Source: Candidatus Hermodarchaeota archaeon (lineage in GTDB: Archaea > Asgardarchaeota > Lokiarchaeia > Sigyniarchaeales > SOKP01). Taken from it: a DNA stretch of 16,130 nt. The stretch lies in the NCBI GenBank assembly GCA_048885925.1, contig JBHLLG010000061.1, positions 1-16,130 on the forward strand, read 5' to 3'. The notes under the pieces are model-generated. The model ran no database searches, had not been told where the DNA came from, and was given only the letters and a program-made list of their open reading frames with translations. Made by a program: the position numbers and the translations under genes. Below, piece after piece: positions 8,178 to 16,030 of the stretch; within the stretch, counting starts at the first letter, position 1; the number at the start of each line of letters is the position of its first letter.

Positions 8178-9197
8178 ATGAGAAAAAAGTATAAGATAAT
8201 ATTAGCTGCTGTATCGCTTAGTATGGTAGTTATTTTAAGCATTTCAATCTCATTAATTTTTAAAGCAGACCCTAATGTTTCATATAATACACGAAAATTA
8301 GGGCATATTGAAACTGAGGGAGGACCATTTGATATCGAGGTTCATGGAGATATTGCATATATCGTAGATACTACAGATAATAACATGGGTGGATTAGTTT
8401 TTGTCAATATAAGTGATCCAGCTCATCCTTATAAGATAGGTTCATATAATCAAGGGGGGTTTCCTTTAAGTGTATCTGTAGTTGGAGAGATAGCATATCT
8501 AGCGAATGCAATGGTAGGATTAGAAATTCTAAATATAAGTGATCTCTCAAATCCAATAAAGATAGATCAATATAATGGTAGTGGTGCGGTTTATGATGTG
8601 CAAGTGATCGGAGATATCGCATATCTAGCAGATTGGTCGATTGGATTAGTAATATTAAATGTAAGTGATCTTTCAAATGTTAACGAGATAGCTCAGTTTG
8701 GAATTGCGGGGGCTTGTGTTCATTTATATGTCGCTAATGATCTCGCATATATAATCGATCATTATAGTGAATATAGTGGATTGAGAATCATTAATGTAAG
8801 TGATCCTTCAAATCCCTTTCAGGTTGGAAGTCATATTCCTAGTGGAATAGATTATTGGAATCCATTCGTTCATGGAAATTATGTATATATTGGAAACCAT
8901 GCTCTTGGTGGGGGGGAATTAAGAATCCTTGATGTAAGTGATCCTTCAAATATCATCCAAACAGGAGTATTTGATGAAGAAAGTATTGTTTTTGCTACTT
9001 ATGTAAATGGAACTACTGCATATCTTGCAGATTACGATAGCGGTCTAATTGTCATTAATGTCAGTGATCCATCCAATCCAACAATGATAGCCCAATTTTT
9101 TGATGGGGGTCATGCTTATGATATAGAAGTTACCGATAATATTGCTTATATAGCTGATCGGGAGAATGGTCTAGAGATCATTGAAGTTTTGATATAA
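8178..9197 (+). CDS. LVIVD-repeat beta-propeller protein with N-terminal signal anchor
   Basis: About seven repeats of (D)VxVxGxxAY(L/I)AD...GLxI(L/I)NVSDPSNP; basic plus hydrophobic N-terminus. Confidence 0.92.
   Translation: MRKKYKIILAAVSLSMVVILSISISLIFKADPNVSYNTRKLGHIETEGGPFDIEVHGDIAYIVDTTDNNMGGLVFVNISDPAHPYKIGSYNQGGFPLSVSVVGEIAYLANAMVGLEILNISDLSNPIKIDQYNGSGAVYDVQVIGDIAYLADWSIGLVILNVSDLSNVNEIAQFGIAGACVHLYVANDLAYIIDHYSEYSGLRIINVSDPSNPFQVGSHIPSGIDYWNPFVHGNYVYIGNHALGGGELRILDVSDPSNIIQTGVFDEESIVFATYVNGTTAYLADYDSGLIVINVSDPSNPTMIAQFFDGGHAYDIEVTDNIAYIADRENGLEIIEVLI
8412..9068 (+). repeat. Coding LVIVD repeats visible at DNA level
   Basis: In-frame AGTGAT cores at 8412, 8538, 8664, 8799, 8937 and 9063 (spacings 126, 126, 135, 138, 126). 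Confidence 0.85.
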
Positions 9198-9209
9198 ATT
9201 AAGTTATTT

Positions 9210-9253
9210 ATTTCTAAATAAATTAATATTATCAAAAGAATTTATTTAGAAAT
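9210..9253. repeat. Perfect 15-bp inverted repeat with 14-nt spacer
   Basis: ATTTCTAAATAAATT (9210-9224) and AATTTATTTAGAAAT (9239-9253). Confidence 0.9.
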
Positions 9254-9290
9254 CCTAATCTTTTTGTTAGAGTAAACATTAAAACTTAAA

Positions 9291-9806
9291 ATGGAACGTA
9301 TTTCAATATTTTTAGATAATAGTAATATTTTCAAGGGTTTTCAGAAGTATAATATCAAGGCGGATTATGAAAAGTTGAAAACTCTTATAACTCGTGATCG
9401 TAAGTTACATGCTATATTCTTATATGAAGGTGTTGTATATCCCATGAGCCAAGAGAAGCGGAATTGGTATAAAGAATTGACACGTAAAAGTGGTTACACA
9501 ATTAGAGTAAGTTTTGATAAAATAGCAGTAAGTGGAGCAATTGAAAAGAAAGTTGATATTAATATCGCTATTGATATTATCTCATTAGCTTATGAGAATA
9601 TATATGATACCGCCATATTGGTATCTGGAGACGGTGATTTTGTACCTGTTGTAAAGAAGCTGAAAAAATTGGGTAAGACTGTAGAAGTTTGGGCATTTAA
9701 ATATTCTTTAGCAAATGCTTTAAAACAAGAAATTGACAAAAAAAATATCTATTTTCTCGATGATATTTTAAATGAATTAAAAGTTCTCAATAGTTATAAC
9801 AAATAG
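9291..9806 (+). CDS. NYN-domain (LabA/DUF88, PIN-like) predicted ribonuclease
   Basis: IFLDNSN, EKKVDINIAID, AILVSGDGDFVP, GKTVEV, ALKQEID: acidic catalytic residues intact. Confidence 0.95.
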   Translation: MERISIFLDNSNIFKGFQKYNIKADYEKLKTLITRDRKLHAIFLYEGVVYPMSQEKRNWYKELTRKSGYTIRVSFDKIAVSGAIEKKVDINIAIDIISLAYENIYDTAILVSGDGDFVPVVKKLKKLGKTVEVWAFKYSLANALKQEIDKKNIYFLDDILNELKVLNSYNK

Positions 9807-9929
9807 ATTTAAAATTTCATAATTTGCCAATAATGAGAACTAAAATAGCTTAATTTTTCCTTAAGTTTTTTTTATAAGTTCTAATTTTATTTGTTAAAAA
9901 TATTAAATATTAAAAAATTTTGAAGACTT

Positions 9930-10709
9930 ATGATAAATTTTACAATTAAAGAAATAGGATTGAAGTTAGTTCAAGCAGGAAGGTTGAAAGCATGTCCATT
10001 GTGCATATATGGTTCAGAATCAATTCCTAAGAAAGCCATTCCAATAAAAAAAATTAATCGGTGCATTGCAAATGCAATTTTTACCTTATCAATTAATAAA
10101 AAGGTCAATTCGATATATATTGGAAATAATGTGATTGAAGGGTGTTGTCCAGGAGGGCAAGCATGGTTTGGATATAAATCATTTGAACCGAAGTTAAAGT
10201 ATTTTCTTTCAACAGGATCAAAAGAGTTTAGAGGTGGTGTTTCTGAATTTTTAATAGCGAATCCTGATCTAGCTGAAAAAAGAATAAATTCAACAGGTAA
10301 AATTATACCTCTTGGAAAATATACTATAATTCGAAAGTGTAATTCTTTAGATGAAGAAGATCTTAATGTAAAAGCATTTTTATGTTTTGGAATTTCTGAG
10401 CAGATCAGAAATCTATGTTCACTAGCCTACTTTGGATCACAGAAAGGTTTTCAAATTCAAATGCCCTGGGGAGCTGCATGTGCTTCTTTTGTATCATATG
10501 CAGCAGGGATAGTTGAGGGAGGACCAAGGAATTGTGTTGTTATTGGTCCAACTGATCCTACGGGAAATAATTGGTTTCCAGTGAATTACTTATCAATGGG
10601 TATTCCATATGCAATTGCTGTGTGTATGGCTAGAGATCTTGATGGCTCTTTTATTTCAAAACGAAATCAAATTGCTTATCCGGTTAAGAGAATACCATTT
10701 GCAATATAA
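9930..10709 (+). CDS. DUF169-family Cys-rich protein
   Basis: NRCIA..., GCCPGG, QIRNLC, PWGAAC and IGPTDP motifs typical of DUF169 (recognised by eye). Confidence 0.75.
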   Translation: MINFTIKEIGLKLVQAGRLKACPLCIYGSESIPKKAIPIKKINRCIANAIFTLSINKKVNSIYIGNNVIEGCCPGGQAWFGYKSFEPKLKYFLSTGSKEFRGGVSEFLIANPDLAEKRINSTGKIIPLGKYTIIRKCNSLDEEDLNVKAFLCFGISEQIRNLCSLAYFGSQKGFQIQMPWGAACASFVSYAAGIVEGGPRNCVVIGPTDPTGNNWFPVNYLSMGIPYAIAVCMARDLDGSFISKRNQIAYPVKRIPFAI

Positions 10710-10729
10710 GAGTAAGTATCCAAATTTTT

Positions 10730-10779
10730 AGATACTCCTTAGTGAAAAAATAAAAGAATACCTTTTTTTAGGAGCATCT
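10730..10779. terminator. Long hairpin between the convergent DUF169 and gapN stops
   Basis: AGATACTCCT (10730-10739) and AGGAGCATCT (10770-10779); the single mismatch is a G-U pair on the minus strand; inner A- and T-tracts extend the stem. Confidence 0.55.
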
Positions 10780-10781
10780 TA

Positions 10782-12296
10782 TCAATCATATTTACAGAGT
10801 TTTACTAATTTACCTTTTTCAGATAAGTTCATAACGATAACTTTCGGTCTGCTCATTGCGTCAATCGAATATTTTATCCCTTGTGTTCCTAAGCCTGAAG
10901 ATTTGGTTCCTAAAAATGGAAAATGATCTGGACCTCTTTCACTTTTACCATTTATTTGAACAGTCCCCACTTCTAATTCTTGTGCAATATTAAATGCTAG
11001 ATCGATATTTTCTGTGAAAATCATACCTTGGAGACCATATTCTGATTTATTAGATATTTCTATAGCTTCTTCAGCGCTACGAACTCGTAGAAATGGTAAT
11101 ACAGGACCAAAAGGTTCCTCCCAAGCTATTCTCATTTTAGTAGTAACATTATCCAATAATGTTGGCCACATAATATTATTTTCCCGTTTATTTCCGCATA
11201 TTAAAGTACTTCCTTTATCTAAAGCGTCATCAATTAATCCTTGAACATAATCACATTGTTTTGAATTAATGAGAGGGCCAATAGTGGCATTCTTTTCAGG
11301 ATCACCTATAATTAGATTTAATGTTTTTGATTTTACTAATTCTATTAATTGATCAGCAATTCCAGGCAATGGAAGGACTCTTTTTACAGCAGTACACCTT
11401 TGACCACTATACGAAAAAGCTCCAGACACAATTGCATCTGCCGTTAATTCTAGATCAGCATCATCTAATACGATAGCAGCATCTTTTCCACCTAATTCTA
11501 GTAATAATGGCTTCATTCCAGCGACTTTTGCAAGTTGCTTTCCCGTTTCAGAAGATCCCGTGAAGCTTACCATATTCACTAGTGGATGTTGTACTAAATA
11601 GTCACCAATTTCAGATCCTCTTCCGGTGATTATATTCACAACACCTGGAGGGACTCCTGCTTTTTCAAGTATTAATCCAAAAAATAAGGGACTAATTGCT
11701 CCCTGAGAAGGAGGTTTAACTACAACAGTATTTCCTGCCATTAAAGCAGGTGCTATTTTAGATCCTGTGAGATTAAATGGATAATTAAATGGACCAATGC
11801 AAAGGATCACACCTAAAGGAACTCTATAAGTCATTGAGATCTTATCTTTACTAAAACCTTTAAATGCATCCCCATAAATTGCCTCTCCCTCTTGCTGTAA
11901 TCCAGCTTCAGATGTAGCTTCAAATAACTCAGCAGTTCGGGTTATTTCTGATATAGAACTTTTTAGGGGCTTACCAATTTCTTTCATCATAATATAGCCT
12001 ATGAAATTAGCCCATTCTCTCATCAAATTAGCTGCTTTTCTTAATATATCTGATCTTTCTTTTTGAGTTTTTTCATTCCAACATTCTAAATTTTCTTTCG
12101 CATTATTTATCATGTGATCAGCTTCTTCAATGGAACAAGCTTGCACTCTTCCTACTAATTCATCGTTAAATGGATTTTTTATATCAATTGTTTTTCCCGA
12201 GGATGATTTTTTCCAAGTTCCACCGACAAAGTATTTAAAATCTAAATTATCTCGCATTATGGAAGAGTTTGGAATTTTTTCGATTTCCTCTATCAT
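10782..12296 (-). CDS. gapN: NADP-dependent non-phosphorylating glyceraldehyde-3-phosphate dehydrogenase (ALDH11-like)
   Basis: PFNYPFNL, KPPSQG, FTGSSETG, LELGGKD (catalytic Glu), YSGQRCTAVKRV (catalytic Cys), RIAWEEPFGP and ERGPDHFPFLGTKSSGLGTQGI, a GapN signature. Confidence 0.9.
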   Translation of the reverse strand: MIEEIEKIPNSSIMRDNLDFKYFVGGTWKKSSSGKTIDIKNPFNDELVGRVQACSIEEADHMINNAKENLECWNEKTQKERSDILRKAANLMREWANFIGYIMMKEIGKPLKSSISEITRTAELFEATSEAGLQQEGEAIYGDAFKGFSKDKISMTYRVPLGVILCIGPFNYPFNLTGSKIAPALMAGNTVVVKPPSQGAISPLFFGLILEKAGVPPGVVNIITGRGSEIGDYLVQHPLVNMVSFTGSSETGKQLAKVAGMKPLLLELGGKDAAIVLDDADLELTADAIVSGAFSYSGQRCTAVKRVLPLPGIADQLIELVKSKTLNLIIGDPEKNATIGPLINSKQCDYVQGLIDDALDKGSTLICGNKRENNIMWPTLLDNVTTKMRIAWEEPFGPVLPFLRVRSAEEAIEISNKSEYGLQGMIFTENIDLAFNIAQELEVGTVQINGKSERGPDHFPFLGTKSSGLGTQGIKYSIDAMSRPKVIVMNLSEKGKLVKLCKYD

Positions 12297-12483
12297 GATT
12301 TTCTTACTTTTAAATATTTATTTTAAATAATAATAAGTTCTTATAAATTCAATTACATAATCATTATTAAATGTAATTTTAATAATTCAAAGATCTTCTT
12401 TATTTTGGTCAAAATACCAATCACTATCCTTTAACCTAATCCCAATTAAGAAAATAAAAGTTACAAAAATTATGAACTGCTTT

Positions 12484-12645
12484 TTAGTTTATAATTTTCG
12501 AAGGAGATACAAGTTTTTTTAACTTTATTTGATATTCAGGACACACTTTAAATTTGGGAAAATTACATGAATTTTGCTTTACTGGAAGAGCACAATTATG
12601 TGAAAAAGGGCATTCAAGAAGATTATTAGATGCAGTGGGATTCAA
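12484..12645 (-). CDS. 53-aa four-cysteine microprotein (putative metal-binding)
   Basis: Manual translation from TTG 12645: MNPTASNNLLECPFSHNCALPVKQNSCNFPKFKVCPEYQIKLKKLVSPSKIIN-TAA. AGGTTGAGG lies just upstream, and a TATAAA box preceded by AAAAG is at 12700-12695. Confidence 0.75.
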   Translation of the reverse strand: MNPTASNNLLECPFSHNCALPVKQNSCNFPKFKVCPEYQIKLKKLVSPSKIIN

Positions 12646-12818
12646 ATTCCTCAACCTTAAATTATTCAGTTACTGAAAAAAAAATTTCTTTGTGTTTATA
12701 CTTTTAGTCTATTTTTTATTACTTCTACAATATAGTAAAAATAAGAAATCATTTTATGCAATTTATGATAACCTTACAAAGTGAATATCTAAATTAGTTC
12801 TCTTTTAATGAATTAACG

Positions 12819-13163
12819 ATGGCACGAGAAAGAGTATTATTGCGATTATTCGGGAAAAAAATCGAAGTTTCAAAAAGTTAGGATACGGGTGAAGTAATTG
12901 GAACAGGTTTATTGAATCCAATTTTCGACAAATTAAGGTTCCTAATTATGATTCTCCTTCAATCACAATTTTATGGTCAATATAAGACTATAGGAAGATG
13001 GAGAGGGAAGCGAGTAGCAAACACATTTGCTCCTCCAATTGGAAGTCATCCAATGCTGAGGGTAATGAAAGCTACTATAATGAGTAGAATTTTTCGTCAT
13101 ACTTTTCCTGTTGCTATGACATTTGCAGTAACCTATAAATGTCAATGTAAGTGTAAACTTTAG
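12819..13163 (+). pseudogene. 5' fragment of a radical SAM gene
   Basis: ATG 12819, in-frame TAG 12879-12881, then ...FPVAMTFAVTYKCQCKCKL-TAG. The CX3CX2C motif breaks where the third Cys should be, and the rest of the barrel is absent. Confidence 0.8.
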
Positions 13164-13240
13164 GATATGCTTCCACAATTGAAGATCCCGAGAAATTTAA
13201 TCTTGCAATATGGAATTTCATCTAAGAGAATCTCGGTTGA
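13160..13240 (+). pseudogene. 3' fragment of an alpha/beta-hydrolase gene
   Basis: A different frame reads LGYASTIEDPEKFNLAIWNFI*ENLG*, matching the GHxxxxExPExFNxxIxxFL terminus, with the catalytic His position read as Tyr and an internal TAA at 13223-13225. Confidence 0.7.
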
Positions 13241-13263
13241 CTAAAATAATATACATTATAAGA

Positions 13264-13770
13264 TCATGTGATTGTCGGTGTGGGCATATCATTTCTTAGT
13301 AAAACAATTTCTCCTAAATCTATGCTATTTTCATTTAACCACGACTCAGGCATAGCAATTTTCATTTCTTTATCAAATTCAGAGTCAAATTCGAGTAGTT
13401 CCTTGAGTTTTATGCCCTTTTTAGAAATTAATGATTCAGAAAGATTTTTTATTAAAGGGATTAATTCATTCATATATTCTGGGTCAATATATCTAAGTTT
13501 TTGTTGTTTAAGTGATTCAATAACTCTTTCTAAGAACCAATAATGTTGGATTAAATCATGAAAATATGGCAATATAATAAATTTTGAATTAAGTCGATTT
13601 TGGTAATGTACTTGATTTAAGCATGTTATTTTAATATAATTTCCTGGAGATAAAAAATAGAGTTTAATAGTCTCTAAACTAGTAGCAACTATATTTGTAA
13701 AATTTTCAATGCTAGCGATAACTCTAGCCAAATACCAACCATACTTCCTTGATATAATATTTTTTATCAA
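13264..13770 (-). CDS. Hypothetical soluble protein; start uncertain, possibly 5'-damaged
   Basis: 168 open codons with protein-like composition in AT-rich DNA; no family recognised; the frame stays open upstream to 13809. Confidence 0.6.
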   Translation of the reverse strand: MIKNIISRKYGWYLARVIASIENFTNIVATSLETIKLYFLSPGNYIKITCLNQVHYQNRLNSKFIILPYFHDLIQHYWFLERVIESLKQQKLRYIDPEYMNELIPLIKNLSESLISKKGIKLKELLEFDSEFDKEMKIAMPESWLNENSIDLGEIVLLRNDMPTPTIT

Positions 13771-13987
13771 TTCAGCATGATAATCTTGTTTTGAACATTT
13801 ATTTTTATGCTAAATAAGAAAAGTACGTTTTAACCAAACAAACTAAATTCTCCATTTTACTTAATCTAAATTGAGAGTATTACTTTAAGCTTCTATCGAT
13901 AAATAAAAATAAATAATCAAAAAAGCATTTAGTTCTTAAATAATTTTTAATAAAATAATAAAATTATCTAAAAAGGGTTTTTAAGAT

Positions 13988-15892
13988 TTGAAGAAACATT
14001 GGAAAATACTAACAATTATATTGATTATCATCATTGGGTTGGGGTCTATTGGTTTAATTATTGTAATGTATATGTGGCCATCACAAGAACCACAAGGACC
14101 AGAAGCTAACACCTATGCTGAGAATTCATCAATAAATTTTCTTGAATATGCTGTAAAATTTTCTAGCGGTGATATTGTAATTGAGGATTTTTTTAATATC
14201 ACCAGTGGGAGACTTAATGGTTATACTATTATAAACTCAACAGATTGTGTAAATTGTAGTATTAATCATGAAACTCGATTTATATCAATTTCATTGCACA
14301 ATGATGTAAAAATGACCCTCAAAAATATTAATTGTTCAGAATTTAGTATCTATTTACATGACGATAGTTATCTCACAGTCGAAAATTGCACATTTGAAGA
14401 GCTCTGGCTTTTTGATCTTAGTTCAGCAATAGTCAAGAATTCTACGATAAATTTTGTTAGGGTTTCTCCACCTTTTGAAGTTCCAGGAGTATATTATTAC
14501 CAAACTTCTCTTTCAATTATAGAAAATTCTACAATTAATTCTATTGGTATAAGGGAAGGCTGTAATTTATTCATAAAGGATAGCAAATTACTTGGGACAT
14601 GGTCAATTTTTATTTCAACAGTCTCACCTCTCACAATTGTGACTGGAAATATAGAAAACTCTACCTTACAAAGAGTAAGAGTAGAAGGGTACGCAAACTT
14701 GAAATTTTATGGATCTAGTCTGGAACGGCTCTATGTTTATGATATGGCACGAGTTACTCTGGATCAGAGTGTTATTACAAATAATTTTGGATGTGGAATT
14801 ATAGCATACTCTGGAACCACAAATATTAACAAAGGTATAGTCACAGGTTCAGGTTATATTAACAACACAATATTAATTAATTCTATTACTCCAACTCCTC
14901 TATTAATGTCTGTTGCTGCAAATAATTCTGCTAATGTAATAATGACCAATTTTTCTTGTTCGGTTTATCTTCATGATGATTCCATTGCAACTATCGCTAA
15001 CCTTACTGATTCATCATTAATGTCTACGCTTTTCTCAACATTTTACGGAACATTGATGGATTCTTCTTTTTTAACACTAGAAAATAATGACTTCTCTCCA
15101 GGATATTTAACATGTATTGATAATAGTAAGCTAGTTTTAAAAAATACATCACTTTCTGACTTGTATAGCGATACTACAAATTCAATAACCATTGACAATT
15201 GCAGCATAGGTGACGTCCAGACCCATTTCTTCTATTCTAACTTAGCAAGAGATAACATTTACATAGCAAATTCAACTTTATTTGATTTAAGCGTAGGTGG
15301 GAAGGATATAGTATACGTTGAAGACAGCACTATTAGCAGATTATATGAGGGTGTAATTGTATATTCTGGATCATTAATTTTGAATTCAGGAGGTTTTTCT
15401 GGTACGGGAAATTATAAGAATTTTACAACTCTCGTAAATACTAACATTCTGATATCAAGGGAATTAAGAATTATAGAAGTAAATGCAACTGCTAAACTAA
15501 CTTTACAAGACTATTTTTCTCAGTGTGATATTATTTGTACTGATAATTCAGAGTTAATTTGTGAAAATTCAAATATTGACAACCTGATAGCTAGAGATTC
15601 AGCAAAAATAACGGTAGATAATTCTTCTATTTATGAACAAGTTCTTCTTTTTGACTCTTCTACTTTAGAGGCGACTCAAATTGGCTATATTGATGGATTA
15701 ATGACAATGGGGAATTCCGTTGTATCTATCATTAATGCAACTATGTATTTAATTTACGTTTATGAATCAAGTAGAGTTTCGGTTCAAAATTTGGATGTTA
15801 CAAGTATTAATGTTTTAGGGTCAAATACTATTGATTATGCACTTAAGGCATTAAACTCAACAACAATACTTTTAAGTACATTTACGTGGTAA
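13988..15892 (+). CDS. N-terminally anchored extracellular beta-helix/solenoid glycoprotein with three large internal repeats
   Basis: Basic plus hydrophobic N-terminus; recurring xxxDxSxxxxxNSTI turns; Asn/Ser/Ile-rich; many sequons. Confidence 0.8.
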   Translation: MKKHWKILTIILIIIIGLGSIGLIIVMYMWPSQEPQGPEANTYAENSSINFLEYAVKFSSGDIVIEDFFNITSGRLNGYTIINSTDCVNCSINHETRFISISLHNDVKMTLKNINCSEFSIYLHDDSYLTVENCTFEELWLFDLSSAIVKNSTINFVRVSPPFEVPGVYYYQTSLSIIENSTINSIGIREGCNLFIKDSKLLGTWSIFISTVSPLTIVTGNIENSTLQRVRVEGYANLKFYGSSLERLYVYDMARVTLDQSVITNNFGCGIIAYSGTTNINKGIVTGSGYINNTILINSITPTPLLMSVAANNSANVIMTNFSCSVYLHDDSIATIANLTDSSLMSTLFSTFYGTLMDSSFLTLENNDFSPGYLTCIDNSKLVLKNTSLSDLYSDTTNSITIDNCSIGDVQTHFFYSNLARDNIYIANSTLFDLSVGGKDIVYVEDSTISRLYEGVIVYSGSLILNSGGFSGTGNYKNFTTLVNTNILISRELRIIEVNATAKLTLQDYFSQCDIICTDNSELICENSNIDNLIARDSAKITVDNSSIYEQVLLFDSSTLEATQIGYIDGLMTMGNSVVSIINATMYLIYVYESSRVSVQNLDVTSINVLGSNTIDYALKALNSTTILLSTFTW

Positions 15893-15898
15893 TCAACA

Positions 15899-15925
15899 TT
15901 TTTAATTTATTTTTTTTTAATTCTA
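15899..15925 (+). terminator. Oligo-T terminator
   Basis: T5 and T9 tracts immediately after TAA 15890-15892. Confidence 0.55.
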
Positions 15926-16030
15926 ATTTATATAATTTCTTTTATTAAATGATTTAACATCCATTATGAGATTTGTTTTATAGTCGTTTACATAGTTTTC
16001 TCTCTTAATTTTAACTATAAAAAGCAAAAA

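Noticed and set aside
8412-9068. Regularly spaced (A/G)T(A/C)AGTGATC repeats resembling a CRISPR array
   Set aside because: Spacings of 126-138 nt are all multiples of 3, the repeats are short and in frame (xSD of LVIVD blades), and no cas genes are present.
7136-9806. Metallophosphoesterase + LVIVD + NYN as an anti-viral defence operon
   Set aside because: Gaps of 93-193 nt with separate regulatory-looking elements, an extracellular middle gene, and no ATPase, cyclase or other defence hallmark.
12630-12657. GGGATTCAAATTCC resembling a tRNA T-arm
   Set aside because: No cloverleaf can be built, and the segment is the antisense of the microprotein start.
12879-13163. In-frame TAGs (also 13812 and 13845 on the minus strand) as pyrrolysine or stop-codon reassignment, one at the third radical-SAM Cys position
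   Set aside because: Readthrough gives only 26 unrelated codons and no SAM barrel; a TAA lesion is adjacent; intact genes have no internal TAG; NYN ends normally at TAG; no pyl genes in the window.
2687-13543. Track ORFs 2687-2935, 4246-4473, 7432-7686, 7782-8015, 8404-8676, 11014-11244, 12130-12330, 12963-13178 and 13268-13543
   Set aside because: Antisense shadows of better-supported genes or pseudogenes, with no recognisable motifs.
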